Shown piece after piece: positions 13,980 to 40,060 of a DNA stretch of 64,000 nucleotides. Positions within the stretch are counted from its first letter, which is position 1. The number at the start of each line of letters is the position of its first letter. This stretch comes from Chrysomallon squamiferum. Its lineage: Eukaryota > Animalia > Mollusca. The translations under genes and the position numbers were made by a program. The notes beneath the pieces were generated by a model, which saw only the letters and a program-made list of their open reading frames with translations, was not told the DNA's origin and did no database searches. Location of the stretch: positions 8,308,001 through 8,372,000 of the forward strand of contig CM022669.1 of assembly GCA_012295275.1 (NCBI GenBank), in the 5' to 3' direction.

Positions 13980-14234
13980 ATGAACGCTCGTTGCGACTGA
14001 AACCGGACACCGCGCTCCGCTCAATGGCGGCGACGTGCACGGAAAGACGAGTCGACACGTGACCGAGTGACGTTAAACCAGTGTAGTGTCAGACAGGCGC
14101 GATGTTGTCCGGGCCGTCTCGTCTGTTTAAAAACACGACGACGACTGCTCGCAGATTCAGAAGGGAGTTAACGCGAGAGGCGAGCCGCTGACATGCCGGT
14201 CTCCGAAACCAACACGATATGACAGCAGGTAAGA
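13980..14234 (+). promoter_or_regulatory. Candidate promoter and non-coding first exon (about 14159-14228) of the cadherin-like gene
   Basis: CpG-rich patch with TATA-like TTTAAAAA at 14126-14133, Inr-like TTCAGAA about 30 nt downstream, and a strong donor CAG|GTAAGA at 14229. The first coding exon has an acceptor, so an upstream exon is needed. Confidence 0.45.
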
Positions 14235-14428
14235 CGTTTTTTTTTTTTTTTTTTTTGTAGCGTACAACGCCCTCGTTATCTACAGCCGCGTTATTTTGTA
14301 AAGTCAAGCCCGACAGTTTAGTGTCAGTTTTCACGTAGATAATAGTAGAGAGAAATAGCTTCGTTAAACTGCGAGTTTTGTAATGTTGAATGGCAATATT
14401 TAGTTTACAAAAAAAAGTGTTTTACAGT

Positions 14429-14524
<96 letters not shown>

Positions 14525-14748
14525 TAAATACAGAGAGAGATCATACATAGGATTGGTTTAACATATAGTTCAAAAATTGAAAATTATTTGATAGGTTGAT
14601 GCAATATTGCGGCATTGTTAACTAATTTTATAAATCTTGTTATCGCACTTTTGTTAATTTTAACACCCTCATCTTTTTTTCTCTCATTATTTTCTTCTTT
14701 TTAAGTTTTATCCATTTGATTTCGTATTCATTTTATACAGCGTTTTAT

Positions 14749-14908
<160 letters not shown>

Positions 14909-15444
14909 TTTGGAATTATGTAATAATGCTTGATGTATGTTATAGTCAATACTTCAAATATAATTCGCAACGGGCTAACATATTTTGTAATATTTATTTA
15001 TTTATTATATATATATATATATACATACATATATATATATACATATACATATACATATACATACATACATATTATATAACCTCTAAGATATCCTGTGTCT
15101 GTGTTCGGCTTCTGCCTACCTGACTGTCTGTCTCTGTATGTATGACCATACATGTGTGTATATGTGTGCACGTGTATTTTAAACCAGCTACAGAAGACTG
15201 GTTTATTACACATTATTGCCTTTCCCGACTGTGATAAAATCTGTTACTGCTAAACGATTCGTAATTTATTGTTCTGTGCAGCAGCTTTAGAGTCTTGTGT
15301 TTCTTAGCACACGTCTAAGTCATAAAATATTTATTTAAAATGTGTTGATATCACTTAATTAAATATTGATCTGACAAACGGAGTTATGTGAAATAAACAA
15401 ATACACGCTACCTGAAACACGATCGCTTACCGTTTGATACATCT

Positions 15445-16105
15445 ACCCTTATTTCGTGTTCTGTTATTTCGTGTACCGTTATTTCGTGTAACGTTTTTTC
15501 GTGTACCGTTATTTCGTGTACCCTTATTTCGTGTACCGTTATTTCGTGTACCGTTATTTCGTGTAACGTTTTTTCGTGTACCGTTATTTCGTGTAACGTT
15601 TTTTCGTGTTCTGTTATTTCATGTACTGTTTTTTTGTGTTCTGTTATTTCTTGTACTGTTTTTTTTTGTGTTCTGTTATTTTTTACTGTTTTTTTTTTGT
15701 GTTCTGTTATTTCTTGTACCGTTATTTCGTTTAACCTTTTTTCGTTATCTGATTTTTCGTGTTCTGTTATTTCATGTACTGTTTTTTCGTGTACAGTTTT
15801 TTCGTGTTCTGTTATTTCGTGTACTGTTTTTTTTTCGTGTACTGTTTTTTCGTGTTCTGTTATTTCGTGTTCTGTTATTTCATGTATTGTTTTTTTTACA
15901 GTTGTACTGCTGTTTTTCGTGTACCGTTACCTGTTATTTCGTGTAACGTTTTTCGTGTTCTGTTATTCAATGTACTGTTTTTTCGTGTACCATTATTTCG
16001 TGTACTGTTATTTCTTGTAACGTTTTTTCGTGTTCTGTTATTCAATATACTGTTTTTCTCGTGTGGTGTTTTTACGTGTACCGTTATTTCGTGTACTGTT
16101 ATATT
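15445..16105. repeat. 15-bp minisatellite, roughly 40+ degenerate copies
   Basis: Unit GTTATTTCGTGTACC with variants GTTTTTTCGTGTTCT and others. It produces the spurious FRVPL/FRVLL ORFs. Confidence 0.95.
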
Positions 16106-16674
16106 TTGTTACTAATTTTCCAGCTTTTTAATGCTTATTTATAGGAAGACAAAAGTTTAAGAATTAAACAACTAAAATAATCGATAAAAAAAAATAAAAA
16201 ATAAATAAATAAATAAACAAATATAAATAATCAAATAAGTAAGAATATAAAATCATATAATAAATAAATTATTTAAATAAAAAAGTTAAAGTAAAACAAA
16301 CAAACAAATAATTCAATAAATAGATAAATAAATCTATCAATAAATCAATAAATAACAATAAAAAAAAAAAAAAAATAATAAAAATTAAAAATAACTGAGT
16401 TTAAAAACCAACAATTCCTAAATCTATTTCAACATCATTATTTTGTTTTACGAATTTTATTTTATTTCTCATTTCGTTTCATTTCACTTTATTTGTTATT
16501 TTATTGCTGTTTTATAAACCGAAATTATTTTTGATCGGAACTAAATTTTACGCTACAAATAGATTTCTCTATATTTTTGCTTTTATTTACTTCTAAGTCT
16601 TTCGAAATTTCCTACGACGTCCACCAGTTTTCTTAAACTATTGAATAAACTGTAAAACAAACCAGGAAAATTGA

Positions 16675-16705
<31 letters not shown>

Positions 16706-17091
16706 AAGAAAATCAACTACTACTGTAACTATTACTACTATTACTACTACTGCTACTGCTACTACTACAACTACTACCGCTATTACTACTACTGCTACTA
16801 CCACTGTTACTACCTTTAATTACTTATTTCTTTGATTATATACACATCTATGTATGTAGTATGTATGTATGTAGTATGTATGTATGTATGTATGTATGTA
16901 TGTATGTATGTATGTATGTATGTATGTATGTATGTATGTATGTATCTATATTATTTTTCCTTCTGAATTTTACTCTGTCAATCTATCGATGTAATTAATT
17001 AGTTAATGGATGAATCAATGAATGGAACAATTAATTAATCAATTCATTAATTAACGTTTTAATTTTCAGTTAGATATGAAATCTCAGGAAG

Positions 17092-27825
<10,734 letters not shown>

Positions 27826-28083
27826 AGAGATGTTTTGTCTTCGAATTCTCTGTTTGGAAGAAGACACTGGTTTGAGTAACAGATGTGAAACGTTTTTATT
27901 TATTACAAAGACAGATTTCCATGACATAAAAATTATATTATATATATATATATATAAGACATTCTCTTTCATCGTTATTTATATACAGAAAATTATATAT
28001 TGTTTCTTCATTCAATGTTTTTTCATCCTTTCGTCTGTTTTTATATAACATGTGTGTGTGTGTGGTTTTTAAAAGTATTTAAT

Positions 28084-28141
28084 AATAAACTGACAAAGTG
28101 CTCAAACGACTTACTGTGTTGAAATATTTTTACTGAATAAA
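28084..28141 (+). terminator. Candidate polyadenylation signals of the cadherin-like gene
   Basis: AATAAA at 28084-28089 and 28136-28141, about 260-310 nt after the proposed stop. AATAAA is common by chance in this AT-rich DNA. Confidence 0.4.
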
Positions 28142-28655
28142 TAATTAAATTATGATGGCTTATTTATAATTTTAAAAAAGAAAAAGAAAAATGTCTACAC
28201 GTCATGGATATATTCTTTTTTTCTAACTAATCTGTTTTCGCCGTCTTTTTTTTTTTTTTTTTTTTGTCTTGTTTTCATTCTCAGTTTTGAATGAAAAAAT
28301 GAACATATAATTATTTTAAATTCAGTTAGAAATACAAGTGTACTGTAAGGCGAAATTCTTTTGTATTTATTTATTATTTTAGCTGCAACTGTTTCTTTTT
28401 TTTTTCATCTTTCGTCTTCTACTTTTTTTTACTTTTTTTCTCTTTTTAAAAAAAAAAAAAACAAACAAAAACTTTAGAATATATTTGTGTTCAGTTAAAA
28501 ATGACATTTCACATTACGTTTACAAACTGTTAATAATTCAGTTTACAACATAGGATAAGTTCGTTGAAAAATATTTTAAAGATTACGTAATTTTGACTGT
28601 CGCGTTTTGTATTATATAGTGTTGGGCTGTGCATTTCAGATTTACTGATTCGTTG

Positions 28656-28741
<86 letters not shown>

Positions 28742-31700
28742 AATAAATGAAAAACAAAACAAAACAAAAATGTCTCCCTTTTATCTACTTCTGCTGTGAG
28801 TTGAATACTGTTGGTACTGAGACAATATTGAAACAAACGCGTGCGTGCGTGTGTGAGTGTCTGTGTGTCTGTGTGTCTGTGTGTGTGTTTCTATGAATGT
28901 ATACACATATTTTTCTTAATATCTTCTTTTTTTGTAATAGTAACAAATAATAAAGCAGTTCAATAAAAATTATAAATAAAAGTAAATATGAATTAGAAAT
29001 AACTCTTACAAAATTAAATTTGCCGTGGCGACAAGGAGAGTGTGTTCGATTCACACTCCAGGCTGTATTCGATTTACCTGCAAAGGAACGATCCAGTTCG
29101 CAGCAGAAAAGCAGACGTATTTGTGACGACAATTTCAAAGGGAAGAGTTTCCCCAAAGTCTTGTCACGACTAACACGCTAGGTACAAAGGTCAACTTCTT
29201 GTTCGCCTCTTTCAGCCGCACGTGCATTAGGTGGGGTGGCTGTGCAGCAAACGTGAGTAGACTGAAACACTGAAAGTGTGTCGTGCAATGCAGGGTTCGT
29301 CACAGTTATTTTTGGAAATATGAAGCGAAAGAACGGCAATCAGTTTTGATCCTTTAGGCCATGTTTGTTTGAAGATTTTAATGGTTTCAAAGTTGTTATA
29401 TTTCCGTAAAATATGTAATTTGCTCTTTAACGTAATAAGCATATTTTGGTCATTAAAACGAGCGTGTTTGTGTGTGTGTGTGTACATACATTGCAAGTAT
29501 ATCGAGTGCTTGAACATTGTGGTTTTGTGGGTCTGTGATAATGTGACAGTGGATTTAAATCAGTGGTCTGTTATTGATAATACCAAAGCTGATTTGCAAA
29601 TACAATAATAAGAATTGTTACTATAAGGAAGAACAAGAAAATACAAAAATAGAAAATTACTGTTATCTGTAATTAGACATTACCACCCACCACGTAAATT
29701 CATTTTGTAAATTACATCAGGACTATTTTTATCTGCTTATTGTATATAACATTATTCAGTCTGTATCTTGAGGTGGGGGGGGGGCATTGTGTTGTTTTGT
29801 TTTGTTGTTGTTTTTTCTTTTCCTTATTTTTTTTTTTTTTTCATTTATTATTATTTATTTATTTTTTTTTTTTTTTTATGTTTTGCTTGTAGGTAGATTT
29901 TTTAATGCTTTTTATTGATTGATTTATTTTTTCTTTGAACCTACACTTCGAGATATCACGTTTTTGATTTATGTAAATCGGAATCGGTCTACGAAAAGAA
30001 AAACGTTTTCATTTCATCTGTTAGACGTATTTTCACTTCTAATGTTTCTTTGTGATCACTACACTGAATTTCACTTTTTATTATTCTGTTTTAGTTCATT
30101 TTCATGTTCTTCAAAAAAAAAAAAAAAAGCACAGCAACAACAACAACGAATAGACATTTAACAAAACAGAAGAAAACAGAATGAATCTTTTATTTTTGTT
30201 AAGGAGGGTTTCATTTTTGTTTTATATATTTATTTAAAAAAAAAAAAAAAAACAACAACAACACTGTATTTTGTATTTTGCAATGTTAACAAAATATTAT
30301 TATTATTATTATTTACTGTTTAAAACGACTTTAAAAACTTTAAGAATAAACAAACTAACCATTCAAACATTTAATATCATCAGATACTAAATGTATTTGA
30401 ACCTATAAGCGACGCTTCCTAAAAATATAAATATTAAATCAAAAACGTCTTAAAATGCCAAATAACAAAATGAATTATCTCCCACCATATGACCAGCCAG
30501 AACCTAGTAGTAGCTATAGTAACAACAGTTGCGTAGTAGTAGTTGTAATAGTAGTAGTAGTAATAGTTGTTGTGAGCAATATCAAAGCAGTAATAGTAGT
30601 TGTAGTAATACCTTGGTTACAGGTACGTACAAAAAGCAATCTGAATCTTTATTTTCTAAATATGCTGTTGCAAGCGTTCATCAACAGACTTAGATTGCCC
30701 AAAAAATCATTTTGAAATAAAACTTCGGAAAATTCTATCTATGATCGATGCCTGTGTAAAAGGAGTGGTGTCATTTTCTAATACACAATGGTCGATTTGT
30801 AAATATGTAACACGAACATTAACTCTTTTTACAGAGGTCGCTGATTTCGCGTGACCAAATCGCTTTAAAAGAAAGATAAGTTGTGAAGATTACATTATCG
30901 AATCTATTAAAGAACAAACGGGTCTCTATGTCGCTTACCTCAATATTGTTCCGACGCCCTTTTAATAAATAAGAATTAGTCGACGAAGGAAGGAAACTAA
31001 TAAATTAGAACAGGATACAAAACTGTTTTCGTTCTCCTGACGAGAGAAGGAAAAAAAAAAAAAAAAATCAAGACAGAAACGAAACAAGATGACGAACTTG
31101 TTGATTGGAAAGTGTTAATGCGAAAACGCGTTTGAACAGAAATATTGATGGGTTTTGTCGCCAAGTTAAGCGCTGCCCGAACTCACTTTTGTTCCTTTCT
31201 GTAAAAACAGTGGTAAAGGTCTAAACACGTGTTTCAATCCATCATCTTAACTGACGTGAACGATGACGTCATGAATGATATTGATGTTTGATGACAGAGG
31301 AGTTTCTGTGATATCAGGTTCGAGACGTGCTGTTGGACAATTGCAATACACTGCAATTAAAAACTTTAAACGTCGCCCAGACGTGTAAGTTTACAACAGT
31401 TTAACGCCTTTCTCCAAACAAAACGATAGGTCGAAGATGAATAAAGAAAATAAAATAAAAAAAACGATTTAAAGCATTCACGTAATGCACTGTAATCTAG
31501 TTACCTGTATTAAAGATATTTTTATTTATTTTTTTTTTTTTTTTTTTAAAAGTGTGTATTAAATAACAAGACAGAGAAATTATCTTCTGCACGAACTTGT
31601 GTATCAGTTGTTAAAGCCGCCGTTTTAGATGAGAAACTGACCATACTTGCAAATCGAACACCGTACACAGCGATAAGGATCCATCACAAGACCTGTCATT

Positions 31701-34700
31701 ATTTTTTAAAACAGGTTAATAGTTATCATGGAAGTAGTAGTTGCAGTAAATGTGATCGTAATAATTATATGGTGATTATAATAATAGTTGAAATGGTAAC
31801 TGCTACGTAGACAAATGTATCAAGAGTTACCGTTCTTGCAGTTGAGGTAAATGTCAATGGATGCGATCATTTTTCTAATCAGAATTATTGTTTTAATACG
31901 GTTAATAATTTCATTTTCTTACTAACGCCAAATAGATAGTTCGGATTCTTTCTCTCTGTCTTTTTTTTTTTCTTCTGAAGGTGGGGGAGACTGCTGTCAT
32001 TGTTTTTCGGCCACGATCTAACACGCACGAAAATTGCTATTTCATACTACCAATGTACGAAACGATCTTCCTAAAACACGTCTGCTCACTTGGTCAGTCA
32101 TGCAGGCGCTCGAGTCATACGGACACTCCTTAATGCCCTTCCCCTCGGTACGCGATATCAAACTGAATAAGTCAACCCAAAACATTACACTCGGTTTTAT
32201 ACAGGTGCTGATTTTTCCAGTCACCGGATCTCTCTAAGTGGTGTATTTATTCACGTCTGAACACACTGCGACAACACTGCAGGTCGATGCGTTCCCACAG
32301 AAGCGTTACAAACGTTGTACCTAACGAAACCTTCGAAGAGGCACCAACACAAGCTCGAATCACCTCGCTGCCTCAATCACCTGGGAGGTGGTGACACTTC
32401 TGAAACGTCGGAATCGCGTGTTGGTCACATAGGAGAACTAAATCCCGCATGGAGGGTTCGTTTCGTCTGCAATTAGAAGAGTCCGTAAACCGGAAAATTA
32501 TGAGTTTTTTTTTTTTTGCTGACTTTTTGTTTGTAAATATTTTCACGGGTGGGTGGAACGATCACAGACAGATGCTGATTTGGAAGAATACAATGTAGAG
32601 TTAGTTACACAAGTAAAAAAAAAAAAAAAAAATAAAAAAATAATAATGTGTCTAGGGGGCCCACATACCAGTTGTTTGACATTTTAATATGCGTTTAGCG
32701 GAAATAAGCTCATGGAGTTGATTAAGTTTATTTTTCTTTGAATTTTTGTATATTTTTTTTTTCCACTTTTGATATATTTTATTATATTATATTTTATCAT
32801 TATCGTCATCATCTTCATTATTATTATTATTACTATTCGTCAGTACAGTTAATATGTAAAGTACACTGACAAGTATGAATAATTATGAAGTTTGTAATTT
32901 GTGTTATAGAAATGCAAATGCACTTGTTTATTTTATTATATTAAATTTTTGGTAAAACAATATGTACGTCACAGAGAAATGATAATAAAAATGTGTTCAT
33001 GTCTTGACGGCTAACATTACTAATCTATGTGGTCTTATATTTAGCAGATTCAAGAATCTCGTGCCCTTCAGAACAAAATCAACAGTTCAGACAGTATTAA
33101 ATAGAATGTGATGGGGTTTTTTTTGTATGTGGTAACAACAGTAATAAATTTACTTGGGGTAATAAAAATGTAGAAAACATTTTTTTTTTTTTGTTTTGTT
33201 ATTGTTTTTTTTTTTTTATCGTCTCTCAAAAATTCGCCAGTCGCAGGACAAATACATTATGTGGTACACATGTCATTATTATATATATATATATATATAT
33301 ATATGCGTGTGAGTGTGTGTGTGCGTGTGCGTGTGTACTCCTTCATTAAATCATTATAGCAACTTTATCTGTTCCAGTAATTTTTTGTGCAATAGTTTAT
33401 CAATTATCATAAAATCTGAAAATCGATTAAATTCAAAATTGTCAGAAATTGCATTGGCTTTCATCTATAGTTTTCAGATCGCTTACAATGACTTCTTGTG
33501 CCTTTCATAGAAACGTGTCACACACTTTTCTGTTGCTAATTGTTGTACGGTGTTTAACTTTTTCATACTTCGTGTAATTTAGGTTGGGTTTGTTTTAGAC
33601 ACAGACTCACTTTTTATGGATATAGGTTATAAATGCAAACCAGGCGTTATGCCATTCACAGTTAGTTTTGTGGGAAACTTGATACGCTGTAAATAGAAAG
33701 TTTATTTTGTTTGTCTTGTTTTTCTTTGATCTATTTTTAATTTTCGTTTTTACTGTTTATTTAAATTTTTTATGTTATTGTTTTTTTTATTTCATTTTTT
33801 TGTTTCGTTTCTTAATTCAAGGAAACTCTTCTGCTTGCCCATTGATATTTCAAAAGAAATAAATATTTTGACACAAAATGTTTGAAGTGCCACTTTGATT
33901 TCGTTGTTATGGCTGCTTTAGCTGTCTTGTTTCTTTCGATGAATTATTAGTTGTTTTGTTTTTTTTTTTTTAAAACAGGTGCAAATCAAGACACATTTTA
34001 ATATCCTCTGTCTTTTTAACAACTTTTTTTGTTTGTTATTAATTAATTAATTAATTTTATTTATTTATTCTAAGTATCAGACTTTTGGACAAATGAAAAC
34101 ATTTCACAAAAGAAATCTTTTAGACTTCCAACTTTGATATTGCCGTTCTTTTTTTTAGCATGTCTGTGTGTATACATACGTGTGTGTGTACACAACTGGC
34201 AATTATATGAAAGTTTGCGGCGACCTGTATTTTAAATAGAAGTCACAAAATATAAATATTTAGAAGAAATGACAAAGAATAAAAGATGTTGATCATGAAA
34301 CTAAAACAGAAGAGAAAAGAACTGAAAAAAAAGGAAAAAAAGAAATATTAAAAAAGAAAAATTGTTAAAATTTTAAATTAAAAAAAAGTCCAAAGATCCA
34401 GTTATACTATAAGAATGAAAATAGAAAAAGAAGAATTAAAACGAAAATGTGTAAAGAAATAGAAATGTTTTAACTAATCAACAAAAATCTTGTCCTCTGA
34501 TTTAATTATAATTTAAACATTTATAATACTTGCATTTTGTAAAAATAACGTACAAGTCTAGCTCTCTAGATACAACTAAAAAAACTTTGCTATAAATTAT
34601 TAAAACTAAATCGAGGTAAAATAAAACGAGCTTGTGAAAAAGTATACATCTAAATGTTCTGAATAATTTACGATTACGGTTATTTTATTAAAAGTGAAAT

Positions 34701-35396
34701 AGGAAGCACATTTTTAGTAGTATTTGTGTATAAATAAAATATTTGTAAAAGTAAAATGATAAATCTGCTTTGTGTTATTGATAGCGTATCATTATTCGAG
34801 TATAAATTATTTTAACAAAAGAGAAATTACAAATCCAGTTTCATGCTCTGAAAAGCTGATTAATTAAGAACTATGTATACATTATTTTAATAAAAGAAAA
34901 ATAAGTCACGAACCTGGAACAAATCAGCAAATCATGTGATAAATCTTTTCATAGCTCTCAAACATCATAGAACAATACTGAGAAGAAGTCCTGTTGCTAT
35001 GACAATATCGACAACAATGACGCAGTAGAATCCTATAGTACGTCACACTTTTGTTAATGTCGTCATTCACAAAGAGGTTTCCAAGCTGTGAGAATCGGCT
35101 GTGAACAGAAGTAAAAGCAGTTTTCGACCAAAAATACGATAGTCCTGATATAAGAAGTATGTCCACACGATAACACATCACCGAGCCATAGGAAGCATGG
35201 CAATTAGACCTGTTACTGCAGCGTTCGTAATGTCGGGTTCAGTTGATCCTTCTGGAACTTTCTACTTGTGTTTATTGTTTGGTTGGATCGTTTATTATTA
35301 ATTAATTTTATTTTTTTGTCGTTGTTATTGCTATTGTTTTGATGTTTTTGTTTGGTTGTTTTTGCTATATTCTTTTACTTAGAGTTATTTTATGTT

Positions 35397-35443
<47 letters not shown>

Positions 35444-36270
35444 TTCAAATATTTTTCGTTTCCTTTTCGCACGTAATTATATACAGAAATTATACCTAAA
35501 ACCTCAGACAGACAAACTTCGCCACGAAGTCAAAGAGGAAACTAGCGATTATGTTATCATAGCTGTTCTGTATCTGTCTCATCTTTTTCGTTTTCACACT
35601 CATTGATACCAGTACCCAGTAAAACTAGTACGGAACTAGGTAGACAGCATTGGTAATTACTGTAGTATTATCAGAGTTAAGTTTAAGGTTGTTTTTTTGT
35701 TTTTTGTTTTTTTGTAGTTATTTCTCCAAAATATGAATCACTTGTTTCCATTGATTAGAACGATTATTCAAGTACTTCGATTAGTTTACACATTTTCATT
35801 TGCGTCTTCTCGTAGATCTAATAAGCAGCTGAACACAAAATAAATGTTTGGCAGTTGGAAATTATCGCGTAACAAGTATGGATTTTCTTTCACATTTGTT
35901 TTAGAAAGAAAGATTGAAAAAAAGAAGAAGAAGAAGAAAAAAAAAGAAACTGATTTGATTAATTTTTGTAATTTGATGACAGAACGATTCAAATTACTTG
36001 ACCTTTACACGTTTAGAATAACGTAATGATGAAAAATGTTGTGTTTTGCTATTTTGATAACAACAATTACGAACTATTTATTTATTTATTTATTTTTTTT
36101 TTTTTTTTTTTTTATATTTAAGAACACCGTAAATTATTTAATAATCATGAAACAGTAAATTTTAGAAACTGAACAGTTAAGAAAAAAGTTATGAAAAATA
36201 AACAAAAAACAGATAAGAGTATAGCTTTACTCTTAACTGTCACTTATACTCGTCTTTTTTATCTGTTCGT

Positions 36271-36351
<81 letters not shown>

Positions 36352-36659
36352 ATTATTAAGCGTATCAGAGTAAAGTTATTAATTATTCTCTATCGTTAAC
36401 TCCAGAAAATAAACAAAACAATCATTCTTACTCATCCTCGAGCGGGTGCATGATGGATGGTGGATAGCTGGAGGGGGGAGTTTTCTAGGTGTGAAGTGGG
36501 GGGTTTCTCTCTACTTTATCGTGACTGCGGCAACAACGTGTCCAACGTCGATAAACGTTTCCTTTTAATTAAATTAGGGGAAGAGATAATGGAGTTTGCT
36601 TACAGATAACAAATCGACACGACTCTGACAATTGGAAAGATTAATTTTAACACACACAC

Positions 36660-37441
36660 ACCAGCGCAAAGTCAACGTCCGCGGTTTTCCAATAATAAGA
36701 ATCCAAAAGTAACAGTTAAGCGGCTTTTCGCCCGGTGTATGCATGTCCATTCTCCGACGTAAACTGCGTTAATTCCCGTTGCTTTAATTTTGCCCGCTCA
36801 ATTGCATGGGCTCAATCCATCAGCCGAAGTTTACACGGGAAATTACGCTCGCTGTCTTTCGCAGAGTTACAATGGCGGGCAAACACGAGACATACGCCGT
36901 TTTCAATTCGCGAGCGCAAGTCGGAATCGAACATTACAATTCGCAGTCTCGCCCGGTCAACGTTTCGTGTTAGTCCACCGCGAGATCTTTGGTCTGGGAA
37001 AACAAAGAAAAAGGATTCCTTTCGGATATTGCAGTCGTGCCGCCGATTCTTTAGATGTTTCGGTTCACCCACGTGCTTTTGTACGGAGACTGGCGAAGAT
37101 TATCGATCGGAACTGATCGCTTTTCATCGGGACATATTCCCAGAACGTGAGTGTAAACACGCCCCGCCGTGGATGCGAAAGTTTTTCCAATTCTTGACGA
37201 CATTTTCTAATTTGTTCCTGAAATAATCTTCCGTGTTAGAGACACAGGCCTGGGTCTGGGGTGAACGATATGGATTTTCTTCCTTGTCTCTAAAATCTTC
37301 TCAGACAACTAAGTTAGAGATTAAATACTTTTAACTACATTTTCCATTACAGATTTTACTAACAGCTACGTTTTTCGTTTACTTATACGACATACCTGTC
37401 TGTCTGTCTGTCTGTTTTTCTGTCCACGATCAAAGGTAAGA
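36660..37441 (+). promoter_or_regulatory. CpG-rich island, candidate promoter / non-coding 5' exon(s) of a gene whose coding part is not in the window
   Basis: Long CpG-dense stretch with donors AAC|GTGAGT (37147) and AAG|GTAAGA (37436). Its ORFs resemble no protein I recognise. Confidence 0.35.
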
Positions 37442-37519
37442 GACTGTTGTACGTTATTTTTATTTGTTTTGTTTTTTTTTTTTTTTTTTTTTTTTTTATG
37501 AAATGACGTATCAAAAGAA

Positions 37520-37555
<36 letters not shown>

Positions 37556-38626
37556 TGTCACGGTCATTGCCATAATTGTTGCTGTTGTTACTGTCGTCGT
37601 CGTTTTCGTTTTTACAGTTTTTATTTTTTTTATTGTTAATGCTGTATTACTTTTATAAATATACACAAACCACATAAACCTACATACGGATCTACCTACT
37701 TTTACATACATGAAGACATTCATAAAATCATTCAAATATAAACATATTTACACACTAACGCATTTATTCACATATACGCGAGCTCATGCACATGTACACA
37801 CATTATTATGTCCATTCATACGCAAGCGCGGGTTCGCACTAAAAAAAACAAATGCAAAAATTATCCTTAATAGACTCTTTATGGTCAATAATGCAAGAAC
37901 TGTTTAGTTAAAATTGGACGAGACAGCAGTGTGGAACTAGGCATTACAGGTTCTCAGATCGAATCTCCAGAATGCCTTGTTTTAACATTTTCATGCCTGT
38001 TTATTTTTTAACTATAACCAGACAGATTCGATTGCACAGCCATCACAGAAACGTTGGAACTGTCAGAAAATATAAACTAGTTCTAGACAGTTGATAAAAT
38101 AATTAACTTATTAAATTTTATTTTGAAGACCCAGAAATTAAATTTCTTCATTCTGGATTTCTGAAAATCGTCTGGCAGTGCTAAAGGTTCTGACGCACTT
38201 CTGAACAATTCTCTGATGAACAAAATTACTCAGAAATTATCATTTATTTTTCATGAATTCTCGGTAGCTGGTAAACTGTGGTGATGTATCATTAACAAAT
38301 TTTCATTATTTCATCTTGCTGAGTGATAAGTGAAAGAATCAAGTGCCTCAATCTGGTGTGTAAATTTGATCCGCGTACAAAATCATGTGCGCCAGAATGA
38401 ACTGAAACAATACTACTATACTGCAGTGTTTGAATCTAAAAACTTGTAGTTATTTCATTTGTTTCGTACTCAAATTTAGTTTTCTAAGCGCATCAGATTT
38501 AATTAAAATTAATACTTCTGACGAATACTAACAGATTTAACAAACTGGGCTTAGGAGCCTAATGCTTCATTCTTTTACTAAAGTAAAAGTATTATTTTTA
38601 TATAATTCATTGCACAGTTACCTTGT

Positions 38627-38712
<86 letters not shown>

Positions 38713-39122
38713 TTTTCTGTCTCTCTCTCTGTCTCTTTGTCTCTCTGTCTGTCTGTCTGTCTGTCTGTCTCTGTCTTTCTCCCTCTCTCTCTCTCACACA
38801 CATACATCTGTATATGTAGGTATTTTGCGTGTGCAGTGATGTATGCTATTATTTAGAGTACGTCTATCATTCAGCAGTTTTATGCATGAATGCTTAACAT
38901 GTTAATTATTATTATCATCTTTTAACTGAAAGAATTCTTCTTGGTTCAATAAAAAGAACAGACACACACAAGCACACACACATACAAAGAATAATAATAA
39001 TAATAATAAAAGATAAAAAAAAGAAAGAAAAGAAGTTAACAACACAAATACAAAAAAATAAAAAGTAAAAGATCATTTCTTTTATAGATTGATAGACAAA
39101 AGACACAGAAACAGAGAGAATC

Positions 39123-39240
<118 letters not shown>

Positions 39241-40060
39241 AATGATTTGCTACTGCACGCTCAACGTTAAAGTACAAAATTGTATACCACATTTACGGTT
39301 TCTGTGCATGTCAAACTTCATCAAAGTCGTCGGTATCGAACTTAAACATGACGGAAGAATTCAATAACCTAAATTGCTATATTATTTATTATTTTAAGTT
39401 TCGACAGTATCATTCCAAACTGCAGACACATAATTTTCTATTGATTATCGGTTTCTGATTAGCAACGGTCTGGGAGATATATATATTTAAAAAAACTAAA
39501 AGGAAGACGGTGCTAAATGTAATATGACGCTATTGACAGAAGTTCCGCCGTGAAGATTCGTCCTACAAAACTAAACCGAGGATCCGCTGAAGTTGCGCGA
39601 GCTTGTACACAGTTTGTTGTGCAGTTCCAGTCTAGTGGAATCAGGCGACAGCAAAGTCTTGTATGCTAATTTGTCTCTCCTTGGGTTGTCGGATAGTTTT
39701 AAATATTAATAGTTTCTGTTCTCCTTTGTAATTCTGCTTGTTTCACTGACTGGTTTCGATAGAGCTACATTACCGTGGCAGGGTGAAAGGTTTCAAGTAC
39801 GGGTAGCGGCGACACACCATCGAGAATTCACCTTCAGCCAGAGACAGACGTCTGAATAAACTGAGATGTGAAGCGGTCAAAATTTGATGCTCGAATTGTA
39901 AATGGTGGCCCGCCAATTTAAAGACGCGTGTACTGAAGTTTCTCTGCACAGTAAACAGTTCTTAATTAAACATGTATGTAGAACATATGCAAGATTCTGG
40001 CCCATGTATCAGGAACACATGCGCGCGCACGCATATATCAAGGGATTAGAGCCAGAAGGT

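Noticed and set aside
15434-16115. ORFs of FRVPL/FRVLL pentapeptide repeats
   Set aside because: Product of a 15-bp minisatellite that is open in all three + frames, with T-run indels that break periodicity.
36735-37226. 163-aa ORF in the CpG-rich island
   Set aside because: GTG start, no recognisable motif, and overlapping ORFs in other frames, as expected from raised GC alone.
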